From IMG/VR virus record IMGVR_UViG_3300044454_000039, positions 2,176 through 66,175 of that record: DNA of 64,000 nt; one strand, given 5' to 3'. This DNA comes from a virus. Its lineage: Duplodnaviria > Caudoviricetes. Both the position numbers and the translations under genes were made by a program. The notes under the pieces were generated by a model. That model did not search any database and was not told where the DNA came from. It worked only from the letters and a program-made list of their open reading frames with translations. This document shows positions 6,925 through 15,149 of this stretch, one piece after another (position 1 is the stretch's first letter; each line of letters begins with the position of its first letter).

Positions 6925-8482
6925 CCCGGCGATGCCGGACCCGAAGGCGGCAGGGGCAATCCTTGGCCACCAGAAGTTCGAGGGCATGAGCGAGACGGCC
7001 GTGCGTCTGATGTTGCGCGTGCCGTACATCATGGTGCTGTACTACAGCTTGACGTTCTATGTCACCAAGCTGATACGAACGCTGGCGGTCAACGGCGTGG
7101 CGTGCTGGATCAACCAACAGTTCTGGTCACAACTCACGCGCGATCAGCGGCTCACTGCTGTCGGGCACGAGATTGGCCACAAGATGTTGCTGCATCCGAC
7201 GCGTCGTGGGTCACGTGATCCGTACATCTGGAATGCGGCAGGGGATTACGTCATTAATCTGATGCTGGTGGAGTCGGGGTTCGTGCCGCTCACAAACTTG
7301 GTCATCGACGGGCAGCCGTGGTCATGGCTCTACGATGTCAAGTACAAGGGCATGACAACGGAGCAAGTCTACGAGGCACTGATCAAGGAGTATGACGATG
7401 CAGCAAGCAAGAAACCGAAAGAACCGCAACCGGGACAAGCTGCTGGCCCGCAAGGTGCGGGAGATGGAGACGATTCTGAATCCGCCGACGATGCCGACGA
7501 TGGCGAGGGAGAGGACGGTTCAGGAGATGGTGGATCTGCTGGCGAAGCAGATGATGGAGACGATGGAGCAGGAGAGGTACAAGATGCTGACGCAGGGAGC
7601 AACGCTGCGGGTGGATCTGTACCGGGCACAGGTGCAGGCGTACGCGGCCCAAGCACAGGCACAAGCGCAGGCAATGCCGCCGAAGTGGATGGCGAAGATG
7701 GTGATCCCGCCGACGATGGCCGCTCAGATGGCAGCCGTGATGCAGAAGCCAAGCTCGGACCCATGCGTGATCTGCTCGACTTCGGAACCGACCCCGAAGG
7801 GAACACGTACGAAGATCCTGAACGTGATGCGGAGAGTCCTGCACAGTTTGAAGAAAGGATGAAGCAGGAACTCGCGGCGGCCGAGCAGGTGGCGAAGATG
7901 AACGGCAAGACACCGGGCTGGATGAAGCGCGTGATGGCGAACGCGCAACACCAGAAGGTGCCATGGCCCGAGATCGTCGAGCAATACCTGAAGGGGCTGG
8001 TGCAGGCCGACTACTCGTGGCGTCGCTTCAGCAAGCGCGATCTGATCCGCATCGGCAGCATCTCGCCGGACATGTACGAGCCCGCCATGGGTGGCTTGCT
8101 GCTGCTGGTCGATTGTTCCGGCTCGATCACGGGCAAGATCCTCACGATGTTCGGCAGGCACTTCCGCGACGTGCTGGAGCAGGTGAAGCCGAAGTGGGTG
8201 GAAGTGGTGTACTTCGACACGCAACCGTACCCGCCGTACGAGCGCTTCGAGCGCGCGGAGTTCGACGAGGACACGGCGCGGCTCAAGCCTGCCGGTGGCG
8301 GCGGCACGGACTTCCGTTGGTTCGCCCAATACGAAGAGAACATGGACGAGGCGCCGGAAGTGGTGATGTGCCTGACTGATCTGGAAGGACCGGTCGGACG
8401 CGAGACGACGGCGCCGATGCTGTGGCTGTGCACGAGCAGCATCGAGGAAGCGCGGTACGGTGAAGTGATCAGCATCTCATAG
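6896..8482 (+). CDS. zincin metallopeptidase-like + vWA domain protein (DUF2201-like)
   Basis: HEIGH (HExxH), WNAAGDYVIN, acidic Gly/Asp linker, MIDAS DCSGS, GGGGTDF, LTD; GGAG RBS before ATG 6896. Confidence 0.88.
   Translation: MTSVARVKSNPAMPDPKAAGAILGHQKFEGMSETAVRLMLRVPYIMVLYYSLTFYVTKLIRTLAVNGVACWINQQFWSQLTRDQRLTAVGHEIGHKMLLHPTRRGSRDPYIWNAAGDYVINLMLVESGFVPLTNLVIDGQPWSWLYDVKYKGMTTEQVYEALIKEYDDAASKKPKEPQPGQAAGPQGAGDGDDSESADDADDGEGEDGSGDGGSAGEADDGDDGAGEVQDADAGSNAAGGSVPGTGAGVRGPSTGTSAGNAAEVDGEDGDPADDGRSDGSRDAEAKLGPMRDLLDFGTDPEGNTYEDPERDAESPAQFEERMKQELAAAEQVAKMNGKTPGWMKRVMANAQHQKVPWPEIVEQYLKGLVQADYSWRRFSKRDLIRIGSISPDMYEPAMGGLLLLVDCSGSITGKILTMFGRHFRDVLEQVKPKWVEVVYFDTQPYPPYERFERAEFDEDTARLKPAGGGGTDFRWFAQYEENMDEAPEVVMCLTDLEGPVGRETTAPMLWLCTSSIEEARYGEVISIS
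7398..7862 (+). CDS. overprinted gene inside the vWA linker, LLxxVRxME family member 4
   Basis: AAGGAG 7 nt before ATG 7398; DKLLARKVREMETILNP matches the family motif; G/C-ending codons in this frame; stop overlaps an in-frame vWA ATG at 7859. Confidence 0.7.
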   Translation: MQQARNRKNRNRDKLLARKVREMETILNPPTMPTMARERTVQEMVDLLAKQMMETMEQERYKMLTQGATLRVDLYRAQVQAYAAQAQAQAQAMPPKWMAKMVIPPTMAAQMAAVMQKPSSDPCVICSTSEPTPKGTRTKILNVMRRVLHSLKKG

Positions 8483-8491
8483 GAGACGACG

Positions 8492-8752
8492 ATGAATGCG
8501 ATGGCGAAGGCGTTGGTGGCGGCGCTCACGCAGGCCGACATCAAGTGGCGGGACTACAGCGGGCGGGGCATGTTCGGCGCGTACTGCGTCGGCGTGTCCT
8601 GTGGCCGCAATCACAGCGAAGGCGAAGTGCTGGAAGCGGTACGGAACGTGAAGGGTGGGTTGCGCCCGTCGCGTGACGCAATGGGCATGGGGACGATTGT
8701 GTACTGGCCCCAAGCCACTCTCGGAGAGAACGACACAGGAGACGACGCATGA
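8492..8752 (+). CDS. hypothetical protein
   Basis: AGGAG RBS; YSGRGMFG..C and DAMG...YWP motifs. Confidence 0.8.
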   Translation: MNAMAKALVAALTQADIKWRDYSGRGMFGAYCVGVSCGRNHSEGEVLEAVRNVKGGLRPSRDAMGMGTIVYWPQATLGENDTGDDA

Positions 8753-8985
8753 CCAAGAAACCCGTAGTGCAGACGAGGGAAGCGCGCTATGGCCAAGTGA
8801 AGCTCACGACGACGAAGTATCTGGTGGTGTCGTCCGTTGGGCTCACGGCCATCAGCAAGGTGCAGAACATGGTGGGCAATACGCTGGTCGAGGGCGTGGC
8901 CACCGAGATCATCATCCGCGACGACCGGGGTGGATCGGGCTGCATCGAAGTGTTCATCACCAAACCGGCCGGGGTGAAGGCATGA
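8749..8985 (+). CDS. hypothetical protein
   Basis: AGGAG RBS, ATGA overlap. Confidence 0.7.
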   Translation: MTKKPVVQTREARYGQVKLTTTKYLVVSSVGLTAISKVQNMVGNTLVEGVATEIIIRDDRGGSGCIEVFITKPAGVKA

Positions 8986-9365
8986 ATCAAGAGACGGCAC
9001 TGTGCAAGCGGCTGCGCGAGGGCGGATTCCCCGACGCAGCGGAGATAGTAGTCCTGCTCACCAAGGCACTGCGCGGGCTCTACGACGGCCCCGGTGACGG
9101 CTGGGGCCACCGGAGCGCGGACGAACTGCGGCAAGCCTACAAGGCGTTGATTGCGGTCGGCGAACAGGTCCGGCCGCGCGTGATCGAGAGCAGTTCCGAG
9201 TTCGGTCCCGAGGAAGAGCCCGCAGTTGTCCACACTACGTGCAGGTATTGCGAACTGGACATCGAGGGCTTCGCGCCGTTCAGCGAGGGTGAGTGGCGGG
9301 ATCGGGGCAACAACACGCACTGCCCCAACTTCGACTCGAAGTGGCACGAGCCGGTCGTGAGGTAA
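8982..9365 (+). CDS. hypothetical protein with C-terminal CxxC...C...H motif
   Basis: ATGA overlap; CRYC, HCP, WH. Confidence 0.7.
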   Translation: MNQETALCKRLREGGFPDAAEIVVLLTKALRGLYDGPGDGWGHRSADELRQAYKALIAVGEQVRPRVIESSSEFGPEEEPAVVHTTCRYCELDIEGFAPFSEGEWRDRGNNTHCPNFDSKWHEPVVR

Positions 9366-9532
9366 TGCGTTACCAACCCGGCGAATTCGTGGTGAGTCTG
9401 GACGTACCATGTCCACACTGCTGCGCTCGCCGGGGTAAAAGATGTAGACAGCCGAATGGAACTGTGATTAGATTTCCACACGCCGCAAGGGTGCAGGCGA
9501 TGCGGAGAAAACAGAGACGCACCCACACTTGA
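9365..9532 (+). CDS. small zinc-finger protein
   Basis: TAATG coupling; CPHC-x-A-xx-G-xx-C...H-xx-R pattern. Confidence 0.65.
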   Translation: MRYQPGEFVVSLDVPCPHCCARRGKRCRQPNGTVIRFPHAARVQAMRRKQRRTHT

Positions 9533-9545
9533 ATGGAGACGCAGC

Positions 9546-10166
9546 ATGGCAACCAAAGAGAAGAAGGCGAAGCCGGTACGCTTCAAGCCGTTGGACGGTA
9601 CCGTCGAGAGTTTCATCAGCGACGGGTTCAGCGAGATCACCAGCATTGGTGAAGAGTTCAGGGAGATCTACGACAACGCTCCCGACAACCTGAAGGAAAC
9701 CGATGTCAATTCGCGGCGCAGCGAAGCGGCGGATACCATCGAAGGGTTGAGCGAGCCGAGCGTCGAGAGCAGCATTCTCGGCGAACTCTCGTGCACGGCC
9801 AACATCGACATGGGCAAGACGTACCGGGGGCGGCAGTCGCAGTCGCGTGCCTGCCGGTTGTCCAACGGCGCGGGGCAGTTGCGCGCGGCGGCCGACGCGA
9901 TCAACGAGTGGCTGGGCGAGCATGAGGAAGTGGTGGTCGAGGAAGATTCGGATCAGCCGGGCAAGTGGCTGTTCAAGATCGGCGACGAAGGGTCCGACAT
10001 CAGCTACGACTCCGAAGAGGATGCCAAGGAAGCGCTCGAAGAGAAGCTGGGCTACAACGTGGACGACTACAACGAGGCGCGCACCGAAGGGGAGACGTTG
10101 GCGCAGGAACTCGAAGAGATCGCCGACGAGGCCGAGGGTGTGGATTGTCCCGGCATGTTTGGGTGA
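9546..10166 (+). CDS. highly acidic hypothetical protein
   Basis: GGAG RBS; about 50 of 206 residues are D/E by hand count. Confidence 0.85.
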   Translation: MATKEKKAKPVRFKPLDGTVESFISDGFSEITSIGEEFREIYDNAPDNLKETDVNSRRSEAADTIEGLSEPSVESSILGELSCTANIDMGKTYRGRQSQSRACRLSNGAGQLRAAADAINEWLGEHEEVVVEEDSDQPGKWLFKIGDEGSDISYDSEEDAKEALEEKLGYNVDDYNEARTEGETLAQELEEIADEAEGVDCPGMFG

Positions 10167-10170
10167 TGCG

Positions 10171-10407
10171 ATGAAATATCCCACACAACCGAAGACCATC
10201 CGGCCGTACCGTCTGTGGAATGCGCAGGAGAAAAAGCCGGTCTTGTATCGCTACTACAAGCACCGGACCAATGCGCACCACGGTGCATTGATCGACGCCC
10301 GCTGGGCGAAGGTCGGTACGACCATCGAAGTGTACAACGCGCAGACCGGCAATCTGGTCGGGCAATACACCCGGCGCGTCCACACGATCACATTCTCAGG
10401 AGCATGA
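10171..10407 (+). CDS. hypothetical protein
   Basis: Operon packing; start at ATG 10171. Confidence 0.65.
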   Translation: MKYPTQPKTIRPYRLWNAQEKKPVLYRYYKHRTNAHHGALIDARWAKVGTTIEVYNAQTGNLVGQYTRRVHTITFSGA

Positions 10408-10715
10408 GCATGCCCACCAAAGGCTACAAGATGACAGCGGAACAGATCGCCGCCCGGCAAGCGGCGCGTGCACGGAATGCCGAATTGGGAATCACCAAGA
10501 ACGGCAAGAAGATCGGCAGGCCGAAGAAGGCGTCGAAGAAAAAGACTGTGCGTGACGAGAAGCCGCGCGAGCACAGCATCCCCCTGTCGGCGATCCCCGG
10601 CAAGAAGGTGACGGCGAAGAAGGTGAAGAAGGCGCCGGGGGCCGTGGCCCGTTCCGACATCGGGACGCTGGCCGAGGCGTTGCTGCTGTTGATCCGCGCG
10701 CTGCCGAAGGGGTAG
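10404..10715 (+). CDS. Lys-rich putative DNA-binding protein
   Basis: AGGAG RBS; AT-hook-like KIGRPKK; start may be 10410. Confidence 0.7.
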   Translation: MSMPTKGYKMTAEQIAARQAARARNAELGITKNGKKIGRPKKASKKKTVRDEKPREHSIPLSAIPGKKVTAKKVKKAPGAVARSDIGTLAEALLLLIRALPKG

Positions 10716-10723
10716 ACTAGCGC

Positions 10724-10912
10724 ATGTCTACCAGAGATCCCTACGACGAGCCGACCACAGTCAGTCGTGAGTCGGATGAGGGAATCAACCTGCGCCTGCC
10801 ACGGAGATCACCGGGGACCGATTCACGTCCGGCCCAAGGTATCGCCGTGGCAGTTATAGTCGGCGTAGGTGTGCTGCTGGTGGTGCTGATGCTACTTCGG
10901 CTTTTTACCTAG
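10724..10912 (+). CDS. small membrane protein
   Basis: C-terminal hydrophobic helix IAVAVIVGVGVLLVVLMLL. Confidence 0.6.
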   Translation: MSTRDPYDEPTTVSRESDEGINLRLPRRSPGTDSRPAQGIAVAVIVGVGVLLVVLMLLRLFT

Positions 10913-11329
10913 CCCGCGCTTCGCGTTGGCGTCGTCGAATCCGTCGAACAGCGCGGAGTCGTGGCCGTTGAGCAGCTTGGCCAGTCGGGTCACGTTGTGC
11001 CACGACAAGTCGGCGAACTCCAGCGGCTTGTCCTTGCCCGGCACGAGTGGGCATGTGCCCGTCTGCGTCAGAATCATCGTGTAGTCGGCGCCCGGTCCCT
11101 TGCCCTTCATCTTGGCCGCAGCCTTCTCCGCTTCGTCCCCGGCCTTGTTCATGGCGGTGCTGATGCGCGTGTAGGCTTCGGGCGAGATCGCCTTGTAGCT
11201 GCGGACGTTTACCACGTCGGTGTCCGCTTGTTTGTCGTAGGTGACTTGGACGCTGTAATCGACATCGCAGGCAGCGAAGGCGAACGATGCGAACAACGAT
11301 GCAGCAAGTGCGAGTAGCAGGCGCTTCAT
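10892..11329 (-). CDS. secreted/periplasmic hypothetical protein
   Basis: Sec signal MKRLLLALAASLFASFAFA; GGAGAC RBS; two Cys. Confidence 0.8.
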   Translation of the reverse strand: MKRLLLALAASLFASFAFAACDVDYSVQVTYDKQADTDVVNVRSYKAISPEAYTRISTAMNKAGDEAEKAAAKMKGKGPGADYTMILTQTGTCPLVPGKDKPLEFADLSWHNVTRLAKLLNGHDSALFDGFDDANAKRGLGKKPK

Positions 11330-11358
11330 GGGTGTCTCCGAAAAGAGTGGTGAGGGGC

Positions 11359-11389
11359 GTCAGAACTCCAATCGAATTGGAATCCTGAC
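11359..11389. repeat. 31-bp dyad motif, copy 4
   Basis: GTCA-GAAC-TCCAAT-CGA-ATTGGA-ATCC-TGAC, between the two antisense genes. Confidence 0.8.
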
Positions 11390-11442
11390 GCTTACCGCAG
11401 CCAACTGAGGAACCAGTTGTACAGTCTGGACAGCAGGGTAGT

Positions 11443-11931
11443 TCAGAGCGGGGTGATGCCGCCCGCGCTGATGTCGCCGAGAGCAACCGCATCGCCCGCG
11501 ACGATGTTGACGACCGCTTGCGACTGAAGCGTCACGACGCCTTCGCCGAGATCGGCGTCGGCTGAGACGGTCAGTTGCGTTGCGCTGGGGTTGTCGGACA
11601 GTTGCACGACGCACGACAGGCCATCGGCCGACTGGCTGACGATCTGCGCATTCGTTTCATCGTCGAGCGCCCACACGGGTACGCCGTCGAGCTTGGCAGG
11701 TTTGCCTTTGGCGTCCACGGGGCCGCCGACCGAGAACGTCACGGTACCGGGTAGATCGGTGTCTTTGAAGTCCATGCTGATGTCTCCGTATGCAGTGAAT
11801 GAGATGCCCTTGAATCGGGCGGTGATGCGCAGTTGCGGATCGTCGCTGCAATCCATCAGGGCGCGCAGGACTTCCTTGAATGCACGGCACGAGATGGGCG
11901 CACGACGACAAGCTGTTCGGTGGTGTGTCAT
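11443..11931 (-). CDS. beta-rich (Ig-like?) acidic protein; second in-frame start at 11775
   Basis: GGAG RBS before both ATG 11931 and ATG 11775; beta-strand pattern in the C-terminal 110 aa. Confidence 0.7.
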   Translation of the reverse strand: MTHHRTACRRAPISCRAFKEVLRALMDCSDDPQLRITARFKGISFTAYGDISMDFKDTDLPGTVTFSVGGPVDAKGKPAKLDGVPVWALDDETNAQIVSQSADGLSCVVQLSDNPSATQLTVSADADLGEGVVTLQSQAVVNIVAGDAVALGDISAGGITPL

Positions 11932-11991
11932 TTCATCTCCAGTTCCTCCAACCAGTTGAAAGGGGGCTAGGGCGCCGCTGGGGCGTTAAGC

Positions 11992-12019
11992 AGTATCGCA
12001 GAACCGTAAAGTGTGTCAA
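11992..12019 (-). promoter_or_regulatory. sigma70-type promoter for the antisense two-gene cassette
   Basis: Minus strand TTGACA, 16 bp spacer, GATACT preceded by TGn. Confidence 0.55.
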
Positions 12020-12057
12020 GCATGACAAGAGCATTTCTAACCTACTAGGAGCGAATC

Positions 12058-12927
12058 ATGGGTTCAGGCTGGGGATCACATCCGACTTTCCGTATCAGTG
12101 GCAAGCTGACGTTCGAACGGTGCGAGCGCGAGTTCGTCCCGAACAAGTACAACGAGAACGAGTGGAACATCAGCAACCAACGTGAGGACCGCAGTAACTA
12201 CAACGTGCGCCGTGGCACCATCGACGGCAAGCGCTACTACGCGCTGCGCATGTACCGGACTGACATCATCACGTGGCACGAGAATGGCGACATCGACTTG
12301 GAGAACTTCGACAGCGGCATCACCCGCGATGTGCTGAGCCACTTCGGCCCGCTGCGCGTGTGGAAGGCGCCCCGGCAGTGGCCGCACAACCCGACGCGGT
12401 GGGGGCGGCAATACTGGTGGGGGGAAGGCCCGGTCGTGGACTACCCGTTCTGCCCCAAGTACGACCGCATGACGCTGCACGCGGACGGCTACGTGTGCGG
12501 GCTGTTCGACGAGCGCTCGCGCATCAAGCCCGAGCTTCGGCCCGAGCGGCGCCGTCTCCTGAAGAACTACCGAGCATCTGCCTTGCCGCGCATTCTGCTG
12601 GGCGAGTTCGGCGATGTGTTCTGCGTCAAGGGCACGCATCGGTTGAGCTTCGGCCGCAGTCACACGGGCTGGTGGTCGAGACTGCCGAGCACTTACGTCC
12701 AGCGGGATCTGTTCGAGTTGTTCGGCGTCAGCGCTGGCCACGAGCAGATCGTCGAGAAGATCAAATCATCCGTAAACTGGCACCCGACCAACATGGCCGA
12801 CAGCCGGGACGAAGCGCTGATCAAGGCGGTGAACCAGATGGGGCGCAACGCACTGGACTATCACACGCAGTACGAGACGGTGCGCACGGATTACGGACTG
12901 GTCAACTGGCGGGAGTTGGAGCGATGA
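12058..12927 (+). CDS. hypothetical protein
   Basis: AGGAG RBS; YRTDIITW motif. Confidence 0.8.
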   Translation: MGSGWGSHPTFRISGKLTFERCEREFVPNKYNENEWNISNQREDRSNYNVRRGTIDGKRYYALRMYRTDIITWHENGDIDLENFDSGITRDVLSHFGPLRVWKAPRQWPHNPTRWGRQYWWGEGPVVDYPFCPKYDRMTLHADGYVCGLFDERSRIKPELRPERRRLLKNYRASALPRILLGEFGDVFCVKGTHRLSFGRSHTGWWSRLPSTYVQRDLFELFGVSAGHEQIVEKIKSSVNWHPTNMADSRDEALIKAVNQMGRNALDYHTQYETVRTDYGLVNWRELER

Positions 12928-13583
12928 GCAGACGAAAGAAGGCACAAGACCAGCCTATCGACTGGAACACCCGGCTACAAGAAGTGTGCCTAGCGAACAG
13001 TATCGAAGCTCGCTACTACGACGGAAGCTGGCGCCCGTACTGCTGGAACGTGAAGTTGCACGCGAGCCCTAGCTTCGACGCAGTGTTCACCAAGATGGGG
13101 GAATCATTCTTCATCTGCAAGGCGGACGCCGTGGTGTCCACGCCCAACATGCAACGGTTGAAAGACCAGTGGCAAGAAGAGTATGACGGTTTGTACACCT
13201 TGGCCGTGGAGGACATGTGCGGATTCTTCACCGGCAGAGAAGCGGAGACGAGAGGGCACACATCGAGGATGATTCGGCCCAAGATAGCGGACAAGTACAA
13301 GCTATCGAGCGACGTGGTGTTCAGCGCGGTGTTCAACTTTTACGGACGCAGCGGCGGGTGGCTATCGCTGGAACGGTTTGAGGGGGTGACGTTGCGCACT
13401 GTGGTCAGCAGTCCCGATCACGGGTTCATCGACATCGACGACGTGGACTGGATGCGCAGCACATGCGCCTACTTGGAGGAAGTATCGCTGATGACCGCAG
13501 CAAAGGTGCGCGACGACGAGCTAATCTATCAGCTTGCGTTTCACATGAATCGAATGGTGGAAGAACAGCGCGAAGCGTTGTGA
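12924..13583 (+). CDS. hypothetical protein
   Basis: GGAG RBS, ATGA overlap; YGRSGGWL motif. Confidence 0.75.
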   Translation: MSRRKKAQDQPIDWNTRLQEVCLANSIEARYYDGSWRPYCWNVKLHASPSFDAVFTKMGESFFICKADAVVSTPNMQRLKDQWQEEYDGLYTLAVEDMCGFFTGREAETRGHTSRMIRPKIADKYKLSSDVVFSAVFNFYGRSGGWLSLERFEGVTLRTVVSSPDHGFIDIDDVDWMRSTCAYLEEVSLMTAAKVRDDELIYQLAFHMNRMVEEQREAL

Positions 13584-13603
13584 CAATAACTAGGAGCATG
13601 GCT

Positions 13604-13912
13604 ATGAACTATGAAGATGTCCAGACGGAAATCCTGCAACGTGTGCGGCGCATCGAAACCCGGCAAATGGTAATCGCGAAGGGGATGGGGCTCGACCCCA
13701 AAGGAACAGTGCGTGTTACGCTTTCGTCCACCGGGCTCAACGTCACAGGGCTGGATGTATCGTTGGGTGACTTGCTTGACTTCTGCCGTAAAAGCGGTAT
13801 AAAGGAACCGATACGGCTTTGGTACCGCAAGATGCACATAGGTGATCTAGCACCGGGGAGACTCAGTGAACCTGAAGGCACTACGAAAGAGAGCGAAGCA
13901 ACTGTTCCCTGA
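13604..13912 (+). CDS. hypothetical protein
   Basis: AGGAG RBS. Confidence 0.7.
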   Translation: MNYEDVQTEILQRVRRIETRQMVIAKGMGLDPKGTVRVTLSSTGLNVTGLDVSLGDLLDFCRKSGIKEPIRLWYRKMHIGDLAPGRLSEPEGTTKESEATVP

Positions 13913-14078
13913 CAGTGCGGAGCACGACCCGTTGGGGGCGGTTGATCGAGAGCATCTGCGGCGGCAGTGGATCGCGGCCGTGGTAGCGGTGCGCAAAACC
14001 AGAACCGGTTGGATCGCTGACCGGAAGGTGCTGCGCGTGGAAGTGGTACAACTACACAAACTGGAGAAGCAAGCATGA
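13866..14078 (+). CDS. small basic hypothetical protein
   Basis: GGGGAG RBS before GTG; ATGA overlap with the next gene. Confidence 0.65.
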   Translation: MNLKALRKRAKQLFPDSAEHDPLGAVDREHLRRQWIAAVVAVRKTRTGWIADRKVLRVEVVQLHKLEKQA

Positions 14079-14539
14079 GCACGCAATCGCAGTACGAGTT
14101 CGACAAGGGGATCGCAATCCCGACGACCACGGCGCGGCAGGGTGTCAACATGGACATGCTGCGCGCGATGCCCGTGGGCACGAGCAAGTGGTTCAGCCCG
14201 AAGGAACAGAAGCGGGCGACCCGGTTCTACCGGGTGGCGAAGAAGCTGGGCATCACCATCGTGATCCGCAAGGTGGACAAGACCGACCCGCGCGGGGCCG
14301 GTGTGCGGATGTGGCGCGTGGATGCCAAGCCCGCGCTCGACCCCATCGCGGCGGCCGAGAAGGCGGCGCGCAGCAAGAAGAAGGCCGCCCCCAAGAAGGC
14401 GGCGAAGAAGCCCGCCCCCAAGAAGGCGGCGAAGAAGCCCGCCCCGAAGAAGGCGGCGCCGAAGAAGAAGGCCGCCCCCAAGAAGGCGCCGGGGCCGCTG
14501 GTCGCCACGGAAGCCGCGTCGGCGGCGATTGCGGCGTAG
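14075..14539 (+). CDS. putative DNA-binding protein with histone H1-like PAPKKAAKK tail
   Basis: Small globular N-domain ending GVRMWRV, then Lys/Ala/Pro repeats. Confidence 0.8.
   Translation: MSTQSQYEFDKGIAIPTTTARQGVNMDMLRAMPVGTSKWFSPKEQKRATRFYRVAKKLGITIVIRKVDKTDPRGAGVRMWRVDAKPALDPIAAAEKAARSKKKAAPKKAAKKPAPKKAAKKPAPKKAAPKKKAAPKKAPGPLVATEAASAAIAA
14375..14491 (+). repeat. 27-bp-unit coding tandem repeat
   Basis: Repeated aagaagcccgcccccaagaaggcggcg units. Confidence 0.8.
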
Positions 14540-14554
14540 GGCCAAGGGGCGATC

Positions 14555-14884
14555 ATGCGATCCATTCTGGACGACGCGAAAGAGATCATCTACGGCGACC
14601 GGGAACGGACGTATGGTCGCCCCGAGTTCAACCTGACTAGCATCGCCGAGTTCTGGCGACTGTATCTCGAACGGAAGCACAATGTGTTGGTAGCGTTAAT
14701 GCCCGCCGACGTTGCCTACATGATGGTGTTGTTGAAACTGGCACGGCTGATGAACCAAGACGACCATCGCGATTCGCAGGTGGATGCCGTTGGTTATATG
14801 GCGCTGATCGACCGGATACAACGGGAGCAGACAGCGCAACTCATGGAGACGCAAAATGCAAGCAGCACAGAAGGTGGGAGTTAG
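14555..14884 (+). CDS. DUF6378-like phage protein
   Basis: ILDDA..II.GDR..TYG.P....IA.FW, MVLLKLAR, DS.VD.VGY motifs. Confidence 0.75.
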   Translation: MRSILDDAKEIIYGDRERTYGRPEFNLTSIAEFWRLYLERKHNVLVALMPADVAYMMVLLKLARLMNQDDHRDSQVDAVGYMALIDRIQREQTAQLMETQNASSTEGGS

Positions 14885-15143
14885 CTGGGCACAAGAGGAA
14901 GTCGATCACAACGACCGGCTCATCCTCAACGGCGAGGGCGATTACGTCAAGTCGCATTGGGTGCACAACAGCCCCAAGACTTCGCCAAACTACAAGCCGA
15001 TGCTGATCACGCGCAACGAACTGCTGAACCGGGTGATGACGGCGCAGCATCATCTGGAGCGCGTGCGGGAATCCATTACGTCGATGGAAGAACTGCTCAA
15101 CGGGCCGAAGTTCGAGCCCGCCAAGGAAGAGCCGAAGGCGTGA
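14856..15143 (+). CDS. hypothetical protein
   Basis: GGAGAC RBS. Confidence 0.7.
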   Translation: MQAAQKVGVSWAQEEVDHNDRLILNGEGDYVKSHWVHNSPKTSPNYKPMLITRNELLNRVMTAQHHLERVRESITSMEELLNGPKFEPAKEEPKA

Positions 15144-15149
15144 GGCCAC

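Noticed and set aside
11390-11445. Hairpin region as a tRNA
   Set aside because: No cloverleaf or T-loop consensus.
757-13597. Recurring ACTAGGAG / GGAGAC words
   Set aside because: Explained as Shine-Dalgarno sequences before starts.
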